A DNA stretch of 64,000 nt, taken from positions 640,001-704,000 of the forward strand of contig CAWDYW010000001.1 in NCBI GenBank assembly GCA_963806855.1, read 5' to 3'. Of this stretch, positions 49,386 through 57,740 are shown in pieces. The position numbers and the translations under genes were made by a program. Position 1 is the stretch's first letter; every line of letters begins with the position of its first letter. The notes below the pieces were generated by a model. That model searched no databases. It had not been told where the DNA came from and was given only the letters and a program-made list of their open reading frames with translations. The DNA comes from an uncultured Verrucomicrobiae bacterium (GTDB taxonomy: Bacteria; Chlamydiota; Chlamydiia; Chlamydiales; Rhabdochlamydiaceae).

Positions 49386-50463
49386 TTATTTAAACAAGTC
49401 CAAGTGCGCTGTTTCTTCTTTTTCGATCGACTCCAACCAGCGGAGAATCTCGGAGACCGCTTCATAAGTCTCCTCAGGTATATAATCGCCGATTTTCCCT
49501 TTTTCGAACAGAGTTTGTGCAAGATCGACGTTTCTCATGATCGGAACATTGTAGTCATTGGCCAGCATGAACAATCCGGTCAGCCACCACCCCTTTTCCC
49601 ATTGTGACGATACGCGGAGCTGGTTCTGCCTCTTCATTATATTCGATGGCGACGGCAATGTGGATCGGGTTGGTGATCACGGCGCGGGCCCGCTTGACCC
49701 CAGTCGGCCCCTCTTGATAGGCGATTTCTTGAGCCGTGCGCCGCCTTTGGCTCTTGATTTCAGGGTCACCTTCGGTATCTTTATACTCCTGCTTCACCTC
49801 AAATTTTTCCATCCGCATCTCTTTGGCGAAATTTTTCTTTTGGTAGACTAGGTCGGCAACTGCCACTGCTAAAAAGAAGATCCCGACACGGATGACCACC
49901 TTAATCAGAAACGAGGAGACCACCTGGGCGCTGGCCATAATCGGCAGCCCCGCGCAGGCGACAATTTCCGGGACGCTATCGTAGACGACGCTCCAAATGA
50001 GGAGGAAGGCCACCGTGATCTTTAACACCGATTTCACCAATTCAAACAGCGTCTTGAACTTAAATAAATTTTTGATGTTCGTCACCGGGTTGAGCCGTTT
50101 GAGGTCGGGCTTCATCGCCTCAGGAGAAAAGAGGGGGCCGACGATTAGAAAGCTGCTGAGCACCCCCACACAAACTGTGACGATCAAAATCGGGATCGTG
50201 CAATTCATGATCACCGTAAGCGCCTCGGTAAAGAGCAGTCCCCCCATCGCCTGCATATCGATATTGCCCATCGAAGAGCGGCGGAACATATTGATGATGT
50301 AGCTGCCAAGCTGGGTGAAAATGTAGCCTGATAAGATCAGCGTCGTGGAGATCGAGACGATAAAAGTGAAGGCAGAGGGGAAATCTTGCGCTTTGGCGAC
50401 CTGTCCCTTTTTGCGGGCGTCACGCAGTTTCTTAGGTGTTGCCTTTTCGGTTTTTTCGGCCAT
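49386..50463 (-). CDS. sctU: T3SS switch protein SctU/CdsU (frameshift near 49580)
   Basis: EKTEKATPKKLRDARKKGQ, KDTEGDP, NPIH (NPTH-site variant) and VPIMRNVDLA motifs. Confidence 0.93.
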
Positions 50464-50490
50464 GGTACCTAAACAGTATCAATCTTTCGA

Positions 50491-51588
50491 TTAGTTGTGG
50501 AAGAACAAAATCACATCGCCATCTTTGACAATATAGTCTTTCCCTTCAGAACGGGCTCTTCCAACCTCACGGGCGCCCACTCGTCCCTTGTAGGTCATCA
50601 TGTCGTCATATGCGACCACTTCTGCGCGGATGAATCCCTTTTGGATGTCGGAGTGGATCTCTCCAGCAGCTTCTTGGGCGCCAGTCCCTTCCTTAATTGT
50701 CCAGGCCCGCGTCTCGATTTCGCCCGTCGTGATGTAGGTGATCAGCCCCAGCGCCTTAAAGGCGGCTTTGGTAAGCCGGTTTAGCCCCGTCTCTTTCAAA
50801 CCGAGCGATTCCAAATATTCCTTTGCCTCAGCCGGATCCAATTGCGCCAATTCTTCTTCCAGTTTGGCGCAGATCGGGATGACCATACTCCCTTCTTTTT
50901 CGGCGAATTTGCGCAGAGTTTGCACGTGGACATTGTCCATTTCGGGCAGATCTCCCTCGCCGACATTGGCCAGGTAGATCACCTTTTTATTGGTTAAAAA
51001 ATTGTAATTTTCCAAAATCAATCGCTCGGCCTCAGAAAGAGACACCGTCCGGACCGGTAAATTTTGATTTAGATGGGCCACCACCTTCTTCAGACAGGCG
51101 AGCGCGGCGGCAGCATCCTTATTGCTCTTGGCCTGCTTTTCCAGCTTAGCTGCAGTATTTTCGGCCATCTGCAGATCGGCGAGGATCAGCTCGAGATTGA
51201 TCACCTCGACGTCTTGGAGCGGATCGACTTTGCCAGCCACATGGATCACATCATCATTTTCAAAGCAGCGGACCACATGGACAATCGCATCGGTCTCCCG
51301 AATGTTGGCCAAAAACTGATTGCCGAGGCCTTCTCCCTTAGATGCGCCCGCGACGAGTCCCGCGATGTCGACAAACGTCACCATCGCCGGGATGATCTTC
51401 TGACTCTTCGACATCACCGAAAGGGCCTGCAGCCTGGGATCCTCAAGCTCGACCATCCCCACATTCGGCTCGATCGTGCAAAACGGATAGTTGGCGGCAG
51501 CGGCGGCAGCTTTTTTGATTAAGGCATTAAAAAGGGTCGATTTGCCCACATTGGGGAGACCGACAATTCCACAAGATAAGTTTGGCAT
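50491..51588 (-). CDS. ychF: Obg-like ATPase YchF
   Basis: [28 protein letters not shown] and FIRAEV motifs. Confidence 0.97.
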   Translation of the reverse strand: MPNLSCGIVGLPNVGKSTLFNALIKKAAAAAANYPFCTIEPNVGMVELEDPRLQALSVMSKSQKIIPAMVTFVDIAGLVAGASKGEGLGNQFLANIRETDAIVHVVRCFENDDVIHVAGKVDPLQDVEVINLELILADLQMAENTAAKLEKQAKSNKDAAAALACLKKVVAHLNQNLPVRTVSLSEAERLILENYNFLTNKKVIYLANVGEGDLPEMDNVHVQTLRKFAEKEGSMVIPICAKLEEELAQLDPAEAKEYLESLGLKETGLNRLTKAAFKALGLITYITTGEIETRAWTIKEGTGAQEAAGEIHSDIQKGFIRAEVVAYDDMMTYKGRVGAREVGRARSEGKDYIVKDGDVILFFHN

Positions 51589-51634
51589 AACTAGAGGAAG
51601 TGTAACATTTTTTAAGAGCGGAAGCTAGAAATAA

Positions 51635-51666
51635 AAAAAGCTTACACAAAAATGTGTAAGCTTTTT
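51635..51666. terminator. Bidirectional-type terminator
   Basis: AAAAAGCTTACACA/TGTGTAAGCTTTTT, just past the stop of 51686..52861. Confidence 0.7.
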
Positions 51667-51685
51667 GTTGAAAAAAGGTAGGGGA

Positions 51686-52861
51686 CTATTTGTTTTCCTC
51701 TCGCTCTTGTTGTGCGATTTGTCTTTGTCTAACCCCATAATGGACTTCTTTTATTTGTTTTGGGCTAGGCCTAACGGGAGTTCCATGGGCACTGCCGCCG
51801 CCCTCAAAACTTACGTCTTCCACTTCCTTATAAAATTTATCATCTATTTTCACCGCACCTTTAGGAGGCTTTTTTTGGTCGCTACATATATAATAAAACT
51901 TTCCATCTGTTCCTTCTACCAGGTTGGGGTCGTCGTCATATACCTCTAACACATCGGCTTGAGGTGGTTGAGCTTGAACTCCAGCCTGTCTTATTGGAGT
52001 TCCTGGTTTTGATGCGGCTCTAGTTTCGCCACCCTCGCCACCGGCTACATTATCTTTGCGGGGTTGTCCAGGGGAAGACTCGTTAGTCCTTGGGCCTTCA
52101 CCCATAATCGATTGGCCGTCACGATCTTTATATAGGGATGATACATAAGAGAGACCTCTATGTACATCCTGATCTGATTCGGCAGGAGCTGATTTAGCGC
52201 CTTGTGGAAGTTCGCCATAGCTGGCTTTGGCTAAACAGTATGCGATCGCTCTGCAACCATAATATGACGTTTCACCAAATGCTCTGAATCCGAAAGATGC
52301 GACTTTAGTAGATACTTTCCATGCGGCGCCGACGATTCCGACTTTAAGTGCAATGTCGAGAAGCAGTTTGGGATCGACTTTGCGGTTTAGCCCAAAATTG
52401 GCCCCAGCGTAGACTGCAGCGGTAGCTAAGCTAATCGATGTCGCGACGCGAACAGCACCATAATGATTGATTTTAGGGACTCTCTTCAGAACTGCATCGA
52501 TTAAAGTAGCAGAAGCTCCAATTGCGGCAGCTGTCTGTATTTCTACATCGTAATTAGATAAGGTTGTGGCAATTGTTTTAACCGATTCGGAAGATAGATT
52601 AGAGAGGCTCGTCGTAACAGACTTCGTTAAATCAACCGCGCTACCTGCAAGAGATTTTGCATTTTCAACTGTGAGACTAGCATAGGCCGATTGAGCCCAT
52701 TCATCCAAAACAGCTTTTGCTGTTGGCAATTTCGCAGCTGTATCCTGATAACATCCTCTTACGTAATTCCCTACAACTACAAACGCTGCAGGATAAACAG
52801 TATTACTACCTAATCTTTTTATTCCGGACCAAATCCCTGAATTGTCATTATTTACTTTCAT
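51686..52861 (-). CDS. Hypothetical membrane protein (Inc/effector candidate)
   Basis: 391 aa; central hydrophobic block, disordered C-terminus; GAGGA SD. Confidence 0.65.
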   Translation of the reverse strand: MKVNNDNSGIWSGIKRLGSNTVYPAAFVVVGNYVRGCYQDTAAKLPTAKAVLDEWAQSAYASLTVENAKSLAGSAVDLTKSVTTSLSNLSSESVKTIATTLSNYDVEIQTAAAIGASATLIDAVLKRVPKINHYGAVRVATSISLATAAVYAGANFGLNRKVDPKLLLDIALKVGIVGAAWKVSTKVASFGFRAFGETSYYGCRAIAYCLAKASYGELPQGAKSAPAESDQDVHRGLSYVSSLYKDRDGQSIMGEGPRTNESSPGQPRKDNVAGGEGGETRAASKPGTPIRQAGVQAQPPQADVLEVYDDDPNLVEGTDGKFYYICSDQKKPPKGAVKIDDKFYKEVEDVSFEGGGSAHGTPVRPSPKQIKEVHYGVRQRQIAQQEREENK

Positions 52862-52891
52862 ATATTCCTCAATGTCTTTTTTAGTAATTAG

Positions 52892-52926
52892 TTTGAGCTT
52901 GGTGGTCTAGGACCACCAAGCTCAAA
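52892..52926. repeat. Perfect 16-bp intergenic hairpin
   Basis: TTTGAGCTTGGTGGTC-TAG-GACCACCAAGCTCAAA. Confidence 0.75.
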
Positions 52927-52936
52927 TCAGGATCGG

Positions 52937-54655
52937 TTATTCTCTAACAAGAGTGAGGTTTCTATTCCCCAACCAATTAGATCCATGATAAAGTCCGCTG
53001 AACAATTTTCCAGCATGAGGTGCAAGGTGCTTAGCTACAAGCGTGGCACCAACTGTTGTTGCACCATACATCAATGTTGTTGTGGCGTGCATCTCATTTT
53101 TAAATCCAAAATTGGATGCAGTCCATACAGCAACAAATGCTGTGGCAAATGAGAAGGCTCCTCGAACATAACGATTTTTAATTCTATCCGCTGCAAGGAC
53201 ATCGACTGCGTAATAAGTGCAGGCAAATCCAACCGTTGCTCCTATGAATTCTTTGTTTTCAAGAGCCAACTCTTGGGTTGATGTAACCACGTTGGAGGCA
53301 CGAGTCTTTAACCCATTCCATCCATCAGAGACTGTCTCTTTAAAGCGGCCATACAAAGTATCCTTGCTAGCGGTTTCGGCAGCTATCCTTGCTTTTTCTG
53401 TAGCAATTTCTTCCGCTTTTGCTCTTGCACCTTCTGCAGCATTAGCAATTTCCACTTTTCCATTAAGCTCTGCTTGAACTTTGTCTAGGCTGTCATATGC
53501 TGTAGTATTAGCCAGCGCAAGGGCATCTTTCTGCGGAGTGAGCTCACCGAGCTTTGCAGCAGCAGAATCGATCTCTTTATCGCATGCTGTTTTGGCCGCA
53601 CCGAAAACTGAAGATTCTTGAGCAACTTGATCTTCAAAGCCTTTCAGTTTCTCCGCAGCTGTTTTGGCCGCATCTTTTGCTTGTTCTATAGTTTCAGCAC
53701 CTGGAAGAGCCGCTTCTTTCACCGATATCAACTCTTGTGCGTTCTTTTTTGCTTCTTCTATAGCGGCTGATTGTTGAGGAAATCCATCCTCAAAGCCACC
53801 CAGGTCCTTTACAGCTTGGTTTACAGCCTCTTGTGCTTTTCTTTGTGCAGCCTCCACAGCTGAAACTGCTGTTTGTTCATTAGCTAAGAGTGCTTCTGCA
53901 GCCTTTTTTGCCTCTGGAGTAGCAGCTGAAACAACATTTTTCTGAGCTGACTCAAGAGCTTGTCTTGCACTCGCTAGCTTGTTTGTCTCTGCAGTGAGAT
54001 CGCTATTGGCTTTCTGAACACCTTGACTGAAAGTTGTTCTTGTTGAAGCAAGGGCATTCAACTTATTAGTAGCGTCAGTCGCAGCTGAAGCAGCGCTTTG
54101 CTTAGCAGATTCTACAGCTTGTTTTGCAGCTTCGAGACTGTCAGTAGCTTCTTTAAGCTTTCCCTCGGCATCTTCAGCAGCTTTACGTAGAATTTCTCTC
54201 GTTGAATCATGTGATTTCAGAGCAACATTAGCATCAGTTCCTACTTTAGCACAACGCTCAGTGATGGCATTATATACATTATTTTGATCAGTAATAACAG
54301 CGTTATGTTGAGAAAGTGCAGCATTGGCAGCTTCAGCAGTTTTCTTTGCACTTGCAAGAGCTTCTTCAGCATTAGCTTTAGCAGTGGCAGCAGTAGCGGC
54401 TTCTGCTGACACGTTATCTAAATCTCTCTTTGCTGTTGCGGCATCAGTAGCAGTTGTCTCTTTATCCTTCTCTAAAACAGTTTGTTCTTCTGCAGTGAGA
54501 GGCGCTCTTGTAAATAAAGTTATGGGATTAAGATAAGTAATTATGTCCCCAAGACCAGTGATTTTTATAAACGTTGCTGCTCCAATTGCAGTTGCTATCC
54601 CTCCAGCAACATGATTAAATTTACTGGGTTGGCTAGGTGTATTGTCTACGCGCAT
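52937..54655 (-). CDS. Ala-rich coiled-coil membrane protein (Inc/effector candidate)
   Basis: 572 aa; N-terminal hydrophobic segment, ~380-aa Ala/Lys/Glu helix, C-terminal hydrophobic block. Confidence 0.7.
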   Translation of the reverse strand: MRVDNTPSQPSKFNHVAGGIATAIGAATFIKITGLGDIITYLNPITLFTRAPLTAEEQTVLEKDKETTATDAATAKRDLDNVSAEAATAATAKANAEEALASAKKTAEAANAALSQHNAVITDQNNVYNAITERCAKVGTDANVALKSHDSTREILRKAAEDAEGKLKEATDSLEAAKQAVESAKQSAASAATDATNKLNALASTRTTFSQGVQKANSDLTAETNKLASARQALESAQKNVVSAATPEAKKAAEALLANEQTAVSAVEAAQRKAQEAVNQAVKDLGGFEDGFPQQSAAIEEAKKNAQELISVKEAALPGAETIEQAKDAAKTAAEKLKGFEDQVAQESSVFGAAKTACDKEIDSAAAKLGELTPQKDALALANTTAYDSLDKVQAELNGKVEIANAAEGARAKAEEIATEKARIAAETASKDTLYGRFKETVSDGWNGLKTRASNVVTSTQELALENKEFIGATVGFACTYYAVDVLAADRIKNRYVRGAFSFATAFVAVWTASNFGFKNEMHATTTLMYGATTVGATLVAKHLAPHAGKLFSGLYHGSNWLGNRNLTLVRE

Positions 54656-54751
54656 GATATTCCTCCAAAAATAAAATTATTTTTTAAATTTTGCCCTTTG
54701 GCAAAAAAGTTAAGGGATTTTAGGCAAAAAATGATGAAAATGTAAAGAGGT

Positions 54752-55495
54752 TTAAGTGAATATGATGAAAATTTTTTCACCATTCATAGAGAAATCGAGT
54801 CTGAATTTTTTTTCTTCGATGTGTACTGTGCTTTGTTTTTGCACCGACTTTGATTCAATATTGACAGGGTAATCGCCATCTGGTGGAAGAACCAAATGAG
54901 GTGAAATCGGTTTCGAATCAATCGCTTCCACAATGTACGGATGACCCAAAAATTCGATTGCTTCAGACAAGTGACCTTGTTGAATACATGTCCGAATTCT
55001 TCCAGACGAAATGGTTTCATCTTCGCTTTTCACCTTGGGAAGATATTCGACTTCAAAATGGAGCTGCTTTCCCAAGAGGGCAACCTTTTCCGGTGTCCCT
55101 TCTCTTTTGTAGCCGAAAGCATCCCCTTCTCCCAAAATGAGGTAATCAAATGGGCAACTCTTTTTAATCTTGCTCAAGAAGGTGTCATAATGAAGATGAG
55201 AGAGCTGAGACGTAAATTCCAGGCTATAAACCACATCGGCGCCAAACTTTTCTAAGTACTGTAACTTTAGGGAGTTGGACTGGATTAGCGGTACGGGGGT
55301 TTTCCCAGGCAAAACGGAAGAGGGGTGGTTGGAAAAGGTGAGGACGCAAACCGTTCCCTTTGGCCCGGCTAAAGTGCGCATCCGATTTAAAATGCGCTGA
55401 TGCCCCAAGTGAACCCCGTCGAAGTTTCCAATAGTGAGGACGCAAGGCTTTGAAGGTAAGCTAGATTGATCTAAATTTTCGTAGACGATCATCAC
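54752..55495 (-). CDS. ribF: FAD synthetase (RibF) with shortened kinase domain
   Basis: IGNFDGVHLGHQ, LTFSNHP, ISSGRIR and LGHPY motifs; no PTAN motif. Confidence 0.85.
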   Translation of the reverse strand: MMIVYENLDQSSLPSKPCVLTIGNFDGVHLGHQRILNRMRTLAGPKGTVCVLTFSNHPSSVLPGKTPVPLIQSNSLKLQYLEKFGADVVYSLEFTSQLSHLHYDTFLSKIKKSCPFDYLILGEGDAFGYKREGTPEKVALLGKQLHFEVEYLPKVKSEDETISSGRIRTCIQQGHLSEAIEFLGHPYIVEAIDSKPISPHLVLPPDGDYPVNIESKSVQKQSTVHIEEKKFRLDFSMNGEKIFIIFT

Positions 55496-55567
55496 CTAAA
55501 GATAGCATAGTCCTAAGGATTAGCACACTATAATTTTTTTTATTATTAATGGTGTATTAAGTTTTTA

Positions 55568-55596
55568 TTGACTTACAATTAATTTATTAGTATAAT
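55568..55596 (+). promoter_or_regulatory. Sigma70/sigma66-type promoter
   Basis: TTGACT-N17-TATAAT. Confidence 0.7.
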
Positions 55597-55623
55597 TATG
55601 CTATAAAATATAAAGGTGTAATT

Positions 55624-55953
55624 ATGGGTGTTTCAAGAGTTTCTGCAACAGGTCAACCACCAGCAACGAGTTTGCTGTTAAAGGATGCAAGCATTTTGAA
55701 TCAAATCATTGAAGCCATCGCTGAGTTGGTTAAGAAAATTCTCTGCCCAATTCGTGTGAAGCAAATGATTGCAGTTCTCGATAGTTCGGCTGGACCTCAT
55801 GATAAGACTGTTAAAATAGCCGAAATACGGAAAAAGTTACCTACTGAGATTGAAGAAGCATACTTAGTTGCGGTAAGAACATTTGAAGGAACTCCTACTG
55901 AAAGATTGAGCCAAGTGCGTAAATATTTTGTAGCCAAACTAGAGGAAAAATAA
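55624..55953 (+). CDS. Hypothetical protein
   Basis: 109 aa with its own promoter; Ser/Thr/Pro-rich N-terminus. Confidence 0.6.
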   Translation: MGVSRVSATGQPPATSLLLKDASILNQIIEAIAELVKKILCPIRVKQMIAVLDSSAGPHDKTVKIAEIRKKLPTEIEEAYLVAVRTFEGTPTERLSQVRKYFVAKLEEK

Positions 55954-56568
55954 TGCCAATTAGAACTGAGTCAATATCAGTTAGTGCTCCACATTGCCCC
56001 TTTCAGGAAATAGTGGATTTAATCACTATGCTCTGTAAGCGGATTGCTGCATTGATTCAGCCGATTTTCGAATACTTTAGAAAATGCTAAATTTAATAAA
56101 AAAATAGAGCAAATAGATCGAAATGTGACCGAATTGACCGAAGCCAGAGAGAAAGTAACAGATGCAGATATTCGACGGCCAATTCACGAGAAAATCATGG
56201 CGAACAAGTCAACAATATTGGCCCTCCAAATTTCCAATGCCTGTGGGAAAGCTTTGCACAGAGTGAAAGAAGTTGATCAAAAGGCAATAGGAGCGGTGAT
56301 TAAGACCCTCGCGGTGGAAGGTTCAAATAAAGAGTTTGTAAAAATGCTTGCTGAATTGCCCGCTGAAATCAGAGATGCCTGGCGTTTGGTTATGCAATAT
56401 AGATCCTTGACCAGATTGCCGACTGATCTGACAAGCGTGGAACAAATTGAGGAAATTTTAAATGAGAACAATACTGAACGTAATCGATTGAAGTTGGCCA
56501 TCGACTTTTTCAAAGCACTGAAAGCCCAAGCGAAGGACTCAACTCCTGAAGCAGCAAAGGGCGGTTAG
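55953..56568 (+). CDS. Hypothetical protein, paralog-like to the upstream gene (frameshift ~56088)
   Basis: ATG 55953 in TAATG overlap gives a 45-aa ORF that continues in ORF 56125..56568 after a frame change. Confidence 0.55.
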
Positions 56569-56736
56569 AGGCAGTTGCAAAACTCAGGGTTCGTCGATTT
56601 TCGGGATTATTTTGGCCGCTTTTCGATTCAAATCACGGGGGTAATATCAAATTCCGATATGACCCCCGTGATTTGAATCGAAAATCGGCTCAAAAGAACC
56701 CGAAAATCGACAGAACCTGAGTTTTGCAACTGCCTC
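56568..56736. mobile_element. 169-bp palindromic element, family A copy 2
   Basis: Whole-length inverted repeat; outer stem GAGGCAGTTGCAAAACTCAG; body nearly identical to 29759-29931. Confidence 0.88.
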
Positions 56737-57376
56737 ATGCAAACAATTCTTTCCCATCGATACAATCTTTCAAAAGATAGGGCCCGCACCGTGTGCGGGT
56801 CAATTTTTTTAAGTGGGCGCCGCAGCCGAGGGCTTGGCCAAGATCGGAGGCAATCGAGCGGATATAGGTCCCTTTGCTGCAGCTGATTTTGAGGGCAAGC
56901 TCGGGGTAGCAATAGGAGATCAATTCGGTTTGCACGGTCAGGGTGACTGGCTTGCGCTCCACTTCGATCCCTTTTCGGGCGAGTTCGTAGAGCTTTTTTC
57001 CGTTGATTTTTTTCGCTGAGAACATGGGGGGAATCTGTTGGATGGTCCCTTGGAAGGCATTTAGCGCCTCTTCCACTTCGGCGAGGGTGGGCACAAGGTC
57101 GCTTTGGCCGGTGATCTCTCCTTCGGGGTCGAAGGTGGTGGTCTGGATGCCTAAATGGACCAGCGCTTCATATTCTTTGTCTTGTCCGATGAAGGAATCG
57201 GATTGGGCGGTGAAGGTGCGGCCGATGAGGAGGATCATGACCCCTGAGGCGAAGGGGTCGAGGGTGCCGGCGTGGCCAATTTTTTTGATCCCAGTTTTTT
57301 TGCGCAGAGCTCCGATTAGGCTAAAGGATGTTTTGCCAACGGGTTTATTGACTAGAAGAACCCCTTCCTTAAACAT
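56735..57376 (-). CDS. truB: tRNA pseudouridine(55) synthase
   Basis: KIGHAGTLDPFASG, QIPPMFSAKK and CSKGTYIRS motifs. Confidence 0.96.
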   Translation of the reverse strand: MFKEGVLLVNKPVGKTSFSLIGALRKKTGIKKIGHAGTLDPFASGVMILLIGRTFTAQSDSFIGQDKEYEALVHLGIQTTTFDPEGEITGQSDLVPTLAEVEEALNAFQGTIQQIPPMFSAKKINGKKLYELARKGIEVERKPVTLTVQTELISYCYPELALKISCSKGTYIRSIASDLGQALGCGAHLKKLTRTRCGPYLLKDCIDGKELFA

Positions 57377-57740
57377 TTCGCTGGTTTTCTTCGCGATGGA
57401 TTTTTTCGAGCAGGGCGTCGATTTTCATTTGGTCATCGGCGGTGGTGTCGAGCTTGAAGGTGAGGCTGGGGAAATAGCGCATGACGACTTTTTTCGATGC
57501 GCTGACGCTGATGAAGCCGGCGGCGGATTCGAGGGCTTCGAGGGTCTCGCGCCGCTGTTTCTCTGTGCCGATGATGCTGACATAGACTTTGGCGTGATGG
57601 AGGTCGTTAGTGATGTCGACGCTTGTAACGGTGACAAGCGGCGCCATGCGAGGGTCTTTCACCTCGGAGATGATCACTTCGGCCAGCACCTCTTTGAGGA
57701 GGGAATTAAGGCGTTTAATCCGTTTACGTTCTACGACCAT
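57369..57740 (-). CDS. rbfA: Ribosome-binding factor A
   Basis: VKDPR, DLHHAKVYVS and RYFPSLTFKLD motifs. Confidence 0.93.
   Translation of the reverse strand: MVVERKRIKRLNSLLKEVLAEVIISEVKDPRMAPLVTVTSVDITNDLHHAKVYVSIIGTEKQRRETLEALESAAGFISVSASKKVVMRYFPSLTFKLDTTADDQMKIDALLEKIHREENQRNV

Noticed and set aside
49655..49680. SctU NPIH instead of NPTH
   Set aside because: The catalytic Asn-Pro is retained, and a single variant in an error-prone region is weak evidence.
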